A stretch of 64,000 bases of DNA from positions 254,121 through 318,120 of the forward strand of contig JAGVWE010000004.1 in the NCBI GenBank assembly GCA_018304425.1, given 5' to 3'. This stretch comes from Candidatus Iainarchaeum sp. Lineage in GTDB: Archaea; Iainarchaeota; Iainarchaeia; Iainarchaeales; UBA10219. The position numbers and the translations under genes are program-made. Positions 1-10,100 of this stretch are shown in pieces. The first letter of the stretch is position 1; each line of letters opens with the position of its first letter. The notes beneath the pieces were generated by a model that made no database searches, was not told the DNA's origin, and saw nothing but the letters and a program-made list of their open reading frames with translations.

Positions 1-3000
1 TCCACGCGCACGCGGATGTTTTTCAGCAACTGTTCTTGTTTCTCGTTCTGGGCCTTGGACTTCACGACCACGCCGTACTGGCCGGGAACCTCTTCACCGG
101 CGAAGACCTGCACCTGCTGCGAGCCATCGCCGTCCAACACGAATTCCTTGACGGAGAGTTCGAGGTCGGACTTCAACTCGAAGCCGGTTTTCCCGCCGCA
201 CTTCTTCGTGTTAATCGTGAAGGAGGCGTTGCCTTTCTCGGGCATGGCGATGAGGTGCCGGTCGAAGCTCACGCAGTCCTTGATGTTCACGATGTTGATT
301 TGCGTGCCCAGCTTGGATTCCAGCAACTGGTCCTTGTCTTCCTTGGGGTTGCGCGCCGAAAAGGAGACGTCGGCCTTTGCCTCGCCCATGGTGCCGCCGT
401 AGGGCGTGAAGGTCAAAATCGCGTTCAGCGTTTCCCCGGCCTTCACTTCGCTGACGATGGCCCGGCTGTACGCGGAGCGCAACTCGACTTCGGTCTGGCC
501 AATGGTGACCCGGTACTCGCCCAACTGGTTGCCTTGGAAGGCGAGCTGGGCTTCGAGCCTGCGCAGGGGCACGGGCTGGCCGTTAATCGTGCAATTGTTC
601 TGGATCTGGAACTCGACGTTCACGGGGTTGCCTTCGGTGGTTGTCTCCCACTTGTTGCGGGTCAGGGTCAGGCAACCCGGGCTGTCAACATCGCCGGACA
701 AGCCGATGCCGATTCTGGCCGGTATTTCGAACACCCATTCCTGGCCAAAGTTGGTCACGGTCACCAGGAACTTGCCGTCCAAGTCCACGCGGTCGGTCAA
801 GGCCTTGCCGTCATCGCTTAAGAACACCCGGAGGGTGCCGTCCAGGGTCTGGCCCGGCTGGATGACGTAGTTATTGTAGTTCGAGACCAGCCAGTTCCTC
901 GTCTGCTGCTCGTCCAAGAGGTTCTTGAAGTTGCCCACCAACTCGATGGACAGCACTTTCAAGGGGAAGTTGGCCACGTTCTTGGCGTGGAAGCCGGTCT
1001 CGGCTTCGGGCTTGGACTTCGCGTTCAGGCTCATGCCCAACTGGTTGGGCTGGATTTCCAGGATGTTGGAGGTAACGGTTATCTCGGCTTCCTCTTGGTC
1101 GAACTTTTCCTTCTCGCATTGGAGCACGAGTTGCACGCCCGGCAACTGCGCGGGCACGCGAATCACGGCCCTTCCCTTGGAATCGGTTTTCGCCTTGACG
1201 ATGACGTTGCCCCGCTTGTCTTCCAGGCGGCAGGTGGCGTTGTCCACTTCGAGGTTGGTGCCGGAGTCGACGAGGTTGAAGACCAGGTCGTTTTCGATGC
1301 CGGAGGACAGCGTGCTCCGCTCTAACTGGATGAGCAGCTGCTTGGAGGCCGCCACCGCGACGTTGATGAACCGGTCGAAGGCAATCTGCTGGTCGGACAC
1401 CAGGCGGAAGTTGATGACCCCGTTGATGGCGCGCTGGGTGGCGAACCGGAACCGGCCCGTTATCCGCTTGTTGGGGGCCAGGTTGCCGACGTCCAGCCGG
1501 GGGAACTCGGGGCCGTTGACGTTGCCCACGCGCGGCCTCCCGTCCGCGTCGTTGACCGTGTAGTCCAGGAAGATGAGCGACAGGTCGGGGTTGGTTACGC
1601 GGAGGTTGGCGTTGGTGTGGTACAAGGCCTTCGAGTTGTTGGTGAGCGTGAAAATCATCTCGTATTCCGTGAACACCTGGGCCTGGTAGGTGTCGGTTAC
1701 GTTCTCCAAGAGGTCTTCCTGGAGGTTCCGGATGGACGCGTCAAAGCAGAAGTCCTGGTCGCAGAGGGTGCTGGCCCCGACTTGGTAGGTCTGCTTGTAG
1801 GCGTTGTCATACAATTCCGTGGTCTCGATGAAGTCATCCGCCGGGTCCCTGACCACGACCCCGTCAACGGCCCAGGCCCGGTAATAGACGTTCAATTCGT
1901 CGCCCACGGAAGCCGTTTTCCGCACCTGCACCGTGGCCTCCAACTCGTAGATGCCGGGCTTGGGGTTCCGCCAGTAGGCGTTCAGCCACTTCGCGTCCCC
2001 GTTCGTGTAATCGTAGCCGGACTCGTCGAGGCCGCTGCGCTCGTCGAAGGCCGTTGACTTGATGAGGCTCGCGCCCGGGGCATTGACTCCCTTGAGGTAG
2101 AGGTCATCCTTTTCCATGATGAGGTCGTCGCCGGTGCGGATGTGGAGGCCGGCCTCCTTGTAGGGGAGCGCATCCGGCAGCCTCAACTGCCACCTCCCCG
2201 TGTACTCTTCGCCGGCCGCCAGGTTGGTGGCCAGCCTTTCTCCCTTGAACAAGCCCAGGAACTTGACTTCGGCCGGCCGGTCGATGATGCTGGGTTCGAG
2301 GACCGCGGTGAAACCCGTGTACCCGCTGGCCTGGATTTTCCGGCTCGGCGAAACATACGTTGAATAACCGTCCTTGGCCGCGCTTACATAGACTTCCTTG
2401 TCGGCCTTGGTTTCAATGGAGAACGAGCCGTTCGCGTCCGTGTACGAGGCGCCGATTTTGCCGTTGGTCAGCGTGCTGTACACCGTCACCAGGGCAAAGG
2501 GAATGGCCTTGTTGTCCTTGTTGACCGCGTTCACGTAGAGGGTGCCCTTGCCCACCTGCATGGCCACCGTCACGTCAATGCCTCCACCGCTAGTGGTTCC
2601 GCCCCCGAACCGGAAGTCGTTGCTCCGGCCGGCGCCGAACTCGCGGAAGGCAAACGCGTAGTACAAGCCGGGTTTCACGCCCGCGAACCTTGCCAAACCG
2701 TTGGCGTCCGAGGTCTCGCTTTCATAGCCGGCCACGAAATTGGTTTCCGGCACGTACAAGGCCACGCTGGCATTGTCCACCGGGCTCCCGTCCTCGTCCA
2801 AAACCTGCACGGACAGCAACCCGCACTTCTGGGCCGAGCACTTTTCCAACGCGATTTCGGGGGTGTTCGCGGAAATCCGCGCGCTCGCCACTTTTTCGAG
2901 GACATAGCCTGCGGCTTCCACGGTCACCCGGTAGTCCACGTCGTCCGAGACGTTGAACACCACGACGCCGTCCGCACCCGTTTCAAGGGACTTGAATTCG

Positions 3001-4115
3001 CTGTCATCCGCGGCCAGCCTCAAGGTCACCCGCGCGCCGGCAAGGGCCTGGCGCGTGGCCTTGTCCACGATTTTGAACGCGATTTTTCCCTTCACGTTCG
3101 AGGTCAGCTCGAGGTTGACGGTCGCGCTCTGCCCGGCGTACACCGTTATGCGCTCGGATTGCCGCAAGCCATAGTTGCCGGTGGAGTCATAGGCTTTCAC
3201 GAGGTAACTGCCCTGGGGCTTGTTGAACACGGCCTGGCCGTCATAAGCAACCGTCGAGTCCACGGGCCCGACTTCCGGGTTCGCCAGCAGGTCCTCGTAG
3301 CGGAACAAGTCCACGTCCACGCCGCTCAGGGGCTGGCCCCGCGCGGAAACGTTGACGATGATCCGGCCGGCTTCGGCCACCACGCCTTCGAGGTAAACGG
3401 TTTTCACGTCCGAGTCCACGCTCACCGAGGCCAGGTTGGCCCACCGCTCGGAGTCGGAGATCGTTGCAATCAATTGCCCGCAGCCGGCGGGTTCTTCCAC
3501 GACGGCTTTCCCGTTGGAGACGACCATGGCGTCAGGCGCCTTCACGTAGGGGCTCTTGCACCGGAATTCCACGCGCAGTTCATCCGTAATCGGCTGGCCC
3601 AACTCGTTGAGGAACCGCAGGGTGCGCGTGCTCGCGCTCCCCGCCGCTGCCCCGCTTTTTTCGAGGGCAATGGTCTCGGTTTGCTCGTCCGCCGTGGCCT
3701 CCACGGACTTGGTCTGGCTCTTGTAGCCCTCGCCTCCCACGGTCAGGGTGACCTTGCCGCCCTTCGGCACCCGCAACTGCACCTGGCCAAAGGCGTCCGT
3801 GGTCAGGGCCTCGGTTTTTCCGTCCGAGTAGGAGACGCTGACCAGCATGTTGGGCAAGCCAATGTCCTCCGTGTCCAGCACCCGCACCGTGAGGCTGGTG
3901 TTGAAGCCCTGGAAGGCCATCGTGAAAGCGAAGTTGGCGGCCACGGCCAGCGCCACCAGGAACAGCAGGGCCATGATGGGGAAGCTGGGCAGGATGCGGT
4001 CAATGGGGTCAATGATTTTGTAGACCGGGATGACCTTGTCTATCTTGTCGAGTAATGCGTAGTAGCCGTCCTCGAGCTGGAAATAAAACTCTTTCAATCC
4101 ATCCAGGAAACCCAT
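1..4115 (-). CDS. Giant membrane-anchored surface protein (carboxypeptidase-regulatory-like/Ig-like repeats), paralogue A; runs off the window start (>1370 aa)
   Basis: Not in the ORF track because its stop lies outside the window. ATG at 4115 gives MGFLDGLKEFYFQLEDGYYALLDKIDKVIPVYKIIDPIDRILPSFP plus a TM helix. The frame is open in the segments I translated and still in register at the edge (...QEQLLKNIRVRV). Shares EAGLHIRTG, YYRAW and TLCDQDFC motifs with the 2731-aa and 2803-aa proteins. Confidence 0.9.
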   Translation of the reverse strand, partial: MGFLDGLKEFYFQLEDGYYALLDKIDKVIPVYKIIDPIDRILPSFPIMALLFLVALAVAANFAFTMAFQGFNTSLTVRVLDTEDIGLPNMLVSVSYSDGKTEALTTDAFGQVQLRVPKGGKVTLTVGGEGYKSQTKSVEATADEQTETIALEKSGAAAGSASTRTLRFLNELGQPITDELRVEFRCKSPYVKAPDAMVVSNGKAVVEEPAGCGQLIATISDSERWANLASVSVDSDVKTVYLEGVVAEAGRIIVNVSARGQPLSGVDVDLFRYEDLLANPEVGPVDSTVAYDGQAVFNKPQGSYLVKAYDSTGNYGLRQSERITVYAGQSATVNLELTSNVKGKIAFKIVDKATRQALAGARVTLRLAADDSEFKSLETGADGVVVFNVSDDVDYRVTVEAAGYVLEKVASARISANTPEIALEKCSAQKCGLLSVQVLDEDGSPVDNASVALYVPETNFVAGYESETSDANGLARFAGVKPGLYYAFAFREFGAGRSNDFRFGGGTTSGGGIDVTVAMQVGKGTLYVNAVNKDNKAIPFALVTVYSTLTNGKIGASYTDANGSFSIETKADKEVYVSAAKDGYSTYVSPSRKIQASGYTGFTAVLEPSIIDRPAEVKFLGLFKGERLATNLAAGEEYTGRWQLRLPDALPYKEAGLHIRTGDDLIMEKDDLYLKGVNAPGASLIKSTAFDERSGLDESGYDYTNGDAKWLNAYWRNPKPGIYELEATVQVRKTASVGDELNVYYRAWAVDGVVVRDPADDFIETTELYDNAYKQTYQVGASTLCDQDFCFDASIRNLQEDLLENVTDTYQAQVFTEYEMIFTLTNNSKALYHTNANLRVTNPDLSLIFLDYTVNDADGRPRVGNVNGPEFPRLDVGNLAPNKRITGRFRFATQRAINGVINFRLVSDQQIAFDRFINVAVAASKQLLIQLERSTLSSGIENDLVFNLVDSGTNLEVDNATCRLEDKRGNVIVKAKTDSKGRAVIRVPAQLPGVQLVLQCEKEKFDQEEAEITVTSNILEIQPNQLGMSLNAKSKPEAETGFHAKNVANFPLKVLSIELVGNFKNLLDEQQTRNWLVSNYNNYVIQPGQTLDGTLRVFLSDDGKALTDRVDLDGKFLVTVTNFGQEWVFEIPARIGIGLSGDVDSPGCLTLTRNKWETTTEGNPVNVEFQIQNNCTINGQPVPLRRLEAQLAFQGNQLGEYRVTIGQTEVELRSAYSRAIVSEVKAGETLNAILTFTPYGGTMGEAKADVSFSARNPKEDKDQLLESKLGTQINIVNIKDCVSFDRHLIAMPEKGNASFTINTKKCGGKTGFELKSDLELSVKEFVLDGDGSQQVQVFAGEEVPGQYGVVVKSKAQNEKQEQLLKNIRVRV

Positions 4116-4125
4116 GTTCTCGACC

Positions 4126-7100
4126 CTAGTTTGCGGTAAGCGTTGCCTTCATTCCCCCGTGGATGCTGCAGCTGGCCTCGTGTTGGCCGGCGGGCAGCGT
4201 CACGCTCATGGACTGTGAAGCGCCCTTTTCGAGGATGACTTCACTGCCCCCTATGGCGAACGTATGCTTATTATTCCCGTTATTGGTGATATTAAACCTA
4301 ACCGTTCCCGCGTTCACCGTGGACGGGCTCAAGGCAATGGCGTTGTCGGTCAAAGTGGCGGTTACTTCCTGGACCTGCGCGGGCTGCGGGGGCTTTGGCT
4401 GCGCCGCCGTCCCCTGCTCGGTTTGCTTCAGCAGTTCCGCCTGGTTCCAGTAGAGGTTCATGCCGGGCCCCTTGACTTCCGAGCCCACTTTCACGGTCTG
4501 GTCTTCCTTCATTTCCACGCAGACCCTGCCCTGGCCCAGGAGCTTCACGAGGTTCTCGAACGTGTAATCCGAGTTCAGCCGCTCGCCGCGCTGGTTGAGG
4601 GTAATCGCTTGCTCGCCTTCAATGGACTTGGCCTGGCCCTCGTCCCAGGCCGTGAGCTTGAACTTGTCCTTGCCGCAGTACACCTGGAGTTCGCTGGCCG
4701 TTACCTCTCCCGAGCGCGTGGGCACGAAGGTTACCGCCTTCAACACGGCCCGTCCATTCTTTGGCTGGTCGTCGAACATGACGGCATGGTACTTGTCGCT
4801 GCCCTTGCCCTTGCACAGCCGGCCCACGGCTTCCACGGTTTCCAGGAACTTGCCGGTCTTCCCGGTGATGGTGTTTGCACTGGCTTCCCACTTGATGAAC
4901 TCGTTGCCGGGCGTGGCTCCCTTGACGTTGAACTGGTAGATGAGGCCGGCCGGGGTGAACAAGTCCTTGCTGGTTTTCTCGACTTCCAACTGCAGGGGCA
5001 CGGGATCCGAGGGCTGGTAGATTAGCGCGCCGGGCACGTACTGGTCGTTGACTTTGCCGGTCGGCAGCACCAGGCTCAAGATTTTTCCAGTCTTGGTGTC
5101 GTCATAGCGGTTCACGTAATCGAACAACACGTGCCGGTAACCAGGTTTGTCGCCGCCAATGGCTTTCGCGACCCTGGCGCTCTCGCTGTCGGCGTAGGAG
5201 AAGAACATCTTGTCCTGCTCACCCGAATCCACCTTGTACGTGGTGCCATAGCCTTCCCGCAGCAACTCCGCACCCTTCAACCCGACCAGGTTGTCCAAGG
5301 GCAAGCCGAACAAGGGGTTCGAGGCAAACCGTTCGCGGATGGCCTTGAGGGGCTTCTCGAATTTCATGCGCACGATAACCATCCCGTCCCGGTACACCTG
5401 GAGCCTGACCCGGTACAAGCCACTATCGAACTTCGTGATTTGCTTGGGGTTCTTCTCGCATTCCTCGGAGTCGTCGCAGAACAGCCATTCCTTGAAGGGC
5501 TTCAACTCGCCCTTGGTGCCGCCGGCCGTCTTGCCCAGCTTGTCCTTGAAGGCTTCCTGGAAGTCGTCCTTGAAGTCGCTGCTCAACCCGTCCTCTTTCA
5601 GGTACGCGTTGAACTCGATGTTGTCCTTGTACAGCTTGTAAATGCCTTCCGAAGCGAACTTGTACCGGTCCTTGTAAGCGCTGACTTCCGCGACCCGGTC
5701 CAGGGAACCATCCCGCATGAGCTTCAGCTTTTCTTCTTCGGTCAAGCCCAGCTTGTCGCGGATGCCCACCCGGAACTCCATGGAGTCCTTCAAGAGGTTC
5801 AAGGCCTTCAAGGTGAGGGCCTTCTGTTCCGCGGCCGGCCTGGACTTGAAGGTGTCGAACACGAAGGACTCCGGGTTCGGCAGGCTGGCAACCGTTTGCT
5901 GGAACCGCTGGTATTCTTCGAGCGTCAACAAGTAGAAGCCGCCCTCGACGTCCACTCCATTGTAGGAGCCGGTGAACGAGTAACCCGTTTCCTCGAACGA
6001 GTGCGCGCCCAACTGCTTGAGCACGGCCTGGTACTCGGCGGGCGTGATTTTCAAGCCAATGGCTTTCGTGGGCGCGAACGGAATCTGGATGACCATGTCC
6101 CGCTGGATGTTCTGGAACTCGTCCAGCAGCAACCGGTTCGCCATGATTTCCCTCGTGCGGTCGACCAGGTTCTTGGCCTTGGCCGGGTCCCTCAGGCTTT
6201 CAATGGGGGCCTTTGCGGCCTGCAAGAACTGCAAGGCCAGCTGCTCCATGCGCGTGGTCAGCACGCCCAGGCTCTCGCCCCGCAGCAGGACGTTGTCCTG
6301 GGTGCCATCCCTTCCCACGAAGTAGAGCCTGTTCTGCATCGGGCTCTTGGAATCCTTGTCCACGCCCTTGAGGGTAACCGCCTTGATGAGGTGCTTGTAC
6401 AAGTACAGGGAACTAATCCGTTCGCCCAACGCGTTCTCTTTGGGCAGGTTCTTCATGGCCTCGCTGACCAGGGAAGCCTTTTGCGCCACGGACTCGCCGA
6501 ACTGCACGGCGTCGCAGAACTTATAATTGGTTTCATCCGGCTTGGCCTTGCCCAGCTTTCCATCGGCTCCCGCCTCGTACTCGTACTGGCCGCACGTGAA
6601 GGGGTTCACGCCCTCCTTTTTCTCGCCGCCCCACCGCCAGTCGAACAACAGCTTGTCAAACCCGTAATCGGTTACCACGCCCTGGCCTGACTTGCCGTTC
6701 TCGCACGCGAACTGGTCGGTTGCCTTGACCTGCACCTTCCTCGGCTCGCCTTGGTTGATGCAGAAGTTCAGGGGCAGGATGACATTGCCCCGCTTGCCGT
6801 TGATGGCCCTTTCCACGGTTACCGTCACGGTCTCCGAGAACTTCGTGGCCCGGCCGTTCCAGCCCCCGGCCTCGTTGTCCTCGCTCGCGTCCACCCGCAT
6901 GATAATGTCGTGGCCGCCCTTCGGCATTTCGCCGCCCAACAGGCCGCCCAACGTGAAGATGGTCTGGCCCAGCGAGCGCAGGTTCTCTTCCAAGGAATAG
7001 CGGTTGATTTCAAAGCTCACCACGACGCCGTTCTTCTCGATGCGGTTGTCCTTGACCTGGATGCCGGTGATGCGGTCCATTCTCCCGCAGCCGCCGACTT

Positions 7101-10100
7101 CGCCTCCCGGGGTCTGCTTTGCGAACCGGAAGAAGGGCATCGGCATGTCCTTGGCCGTGTCGTACACGTACACCCCGCCGTTCTTTTCCAGGAGGTCAGC
7201 GGGAATGCAGTCGTTTTCGGTGCCCTTAAAGGTGTGGTTGCTCAGCTTGAAGGCGTCCGGGTTCAGGCAGGACTGGGGCGTCGCGTTGGGGTCTCCATAA
7301 CTCATCCAGCGCTCCGCGAACTCGCCCAATGCGAGCAGGTCCTGGATGGTGACGTGGAAGACCCTGGAAGACCTGGAGCCCAGCCGGTTCGAGAAGAACA
7401 CGACCAGGTCGGTGGGCGCGTTCACCCGGTAATAGCCGGCCGTGGCGAAGTAGCTGAGGTTGCCCAGCTTGGCCATGGGGCTGCCCTCGAAGGGGAAGGG
7501 CGGGGCGTTGTTCTGGTACTGCTGGGTGTTGGGAATCAAGTCAAAGGAAACGATTTGCGTGACCTTGCCCGTGGACTTGGTTTCAAGCCGCTCGCCTTTC
7601 ACGCTCCACGACAAAATCATGTCCCGGTTCGAGAAGCTGATGGACGAGGGCACGGGCTCCACGCGGATGCCTTCCGCGTAACACTTGTTGATGACCTCGA
7701 GTTTCTTGGGCTTGCCCACGAAGTTCTGCAGGCTGATGGTGCCGGCAGGGTCGATGTCGATGCAGTCGGAGTAGCTGCGGCTGAACTCGTTGTCCACCGT
7801 CACGGTGATGGTGCGCAGCGGCACGGAGGGCTCCTTCGAGTTCTTGAGCTTGCCCCTGGCCTCCACCGAGTAGTTGCCCAGCACGTAGGACGACTGCACG
7901 GAAACGGTTTGCTCGCTGTTGGGTTCGAGAACAACCGACCGCTGGGGGCTCACGAGCAGCCCGGCCTCGGGGTTGAAGTCGATGACCACCGCGGAAGCGC
8001 AGTTGTTTTTCACGCCGAAGTTGCTGCTGTTCCCCTTGGTCTGGCCCGTGGCCTGGCCGCCGTACACGTCGTAGTTGTAGTTGGGCGCGCGGTAGTCCGA
8101 GTACGGGTAAGCGCGGAGGTTGGCCGGGTAACTCGAATACTGGGAGTTATAGGTGGCCTGGTTATAGGGCTGGTTGTAGTAGCCGTAATTCGGGTTGTTG
8201 ACCTGGTCGGGGTAGTTCTGGGGATAGGGCTGCCGCGTGCCCGGGTCAATGGGCACGCCTTGCTCGTTCACCACGTACTGGGAGCTGGACACCGGCACGT
8301 TGGATTGCGGGTTCTGGTAACCGGAAAACGGCTGCGTGACCCCCGTGCTATACCCGTAGGAATTCCGGTACGCGTCGGGGATGGCGTAATTGAAGGGGTC
8401 ATACGTCGTGTTGGCATTGTATTGCCCGTAGCCGAGGTTGAAGGGGTTCGAGGAAACGACCAGCTTGTCGGCTCCAATGAATTCAACGCATTGCACGAGG
8501 TCGTTGATGCGGACCAGGGCCCGCACGTTCTGCGTCAGCCGTTCCTGGCCCGAAGCCGTGTTATGCGCCGCCGTGAACACGAGGGTCGGCTTCGACTCGC
8601 CGGAAGAAACCTCGGCCGGCTTGAATTCCAGGGTAAGCGGCACTTCCGCGTTCTCGGCCAACACGTTCAAGGCCTTGGCCGGCTGGTTGGTCAAGCGCAC
8701 CCGGTTCGCGCCGCCCTCGGAGGCGTCCACCGAGAGGAAGAACTCCCCCAAGGGGTTCTTGTTGGCTTCCACGACCTTGACTTCAACATTCGTCAAGGGA
8801 ATGGCCTGGCCGTTCACCGCACAGTTGTTTTTGAGCGTCAATTCATAGGTTTTCACGCCGGCGTTCGTGGAAATCTCGAGGTCCTGGGGGAAGACGCTGA
8901 AGCAGCCGGCCTCATCCACTTCGTCGCCGAACCCGATGCGCAACTCGACGGGGATGCTGGCCGTCCACTGCCGGTTGAACTCCCGGTTGGACACCACGAC
9001 GTCCAGGCTCCCGGAAACCTTCTTGGGCTCCAGGATGCGCGCAGCCGCGGGCGTCAAGCCGATGACGAACTGCAGGTTCTGGTCGCTGTTGGTGGGAAGC
9101 TCGGTGCCCGCATAGCTGTCCGCGAAAGTGAATTTGAAGAACTCCTTGAAGGCCGTGCTCTCCCGGACTTCTTCGACGACGAGGGGGATTTCGGTCTGGT
9201 TGCCGAGGAAGAGGGAGTGCTCTTTTTCGGGGTTCGAGCCGATGACCAGCAAGTCCTTTATCTGCCCGGGCCGCACCGTGAGGATGTTCTCCGAAACCGT
9301 GATGACCCTTTCCGTGGACCTATACCCCGGCTTTTCCACCAAAACCGTTATCTTGGAGCCGGCCCCGGTGGGGGTCAACTGGTAGACGAAGATGCCTTCC
9401 GAGTTCGTCTTCCCGCTGACGAGGGTAACGTCATTGCGCCGGATGGTCACGGTGGCATCCGAAATCGTGTTGTCGGTTCCCTTTTCCGTGACCTTGATGA
9501 GGAGGTTGTTGTTGATGAAGGGCACGATGATTTTCGGCAGCACTTCCAGCTCCATTTCGGCGGCGGCCAGGACGTTCAGCCTGATCCTCCGCTCGAACAC
9601 CCTCTGCCCCTGGGACACCAGCGAGACCACGACATCCGTTACCCCCTCGCGCTTGGTCCGGAGTTTCACGCTGCCGAACACGTCGTCGTCCCTTCCCATG
9701 TTCCCCACGGGAACCACCAGCTGCGAGCCGTCCAGGGTGCCCTTCTTCTCCATGCCCGAGACGTCCGTGACGCTGTACTCCGAGAACGAGACCGCGGAGG
9801 CCGCGTTCTCCACGTGGAGTTCCGTGCTGTTGAACTGCCGGTCCGAAATGCTGGTGACCGTGAAGCTCAGCTTGTAACTGCTCTGGATCCTGGCGGGATA
9901 GTCTTCGAGGACCGCCGTCTGGATGCCCGTGCCCAAATCCTCCAAGCCAAAGGTATAGCAGAAGGCGTCATCGCACAACGTGCTGGGGCCCGCGCTGAAC
10001 GACCGGGTCTTCGTGTTCGCGTAGAGGTCATACCTTCCCGCGACCGACACCTTGCTGCCCAGGATGTTGTCGGCCGGGAACCGGATGAAGCCTCCCCCAG

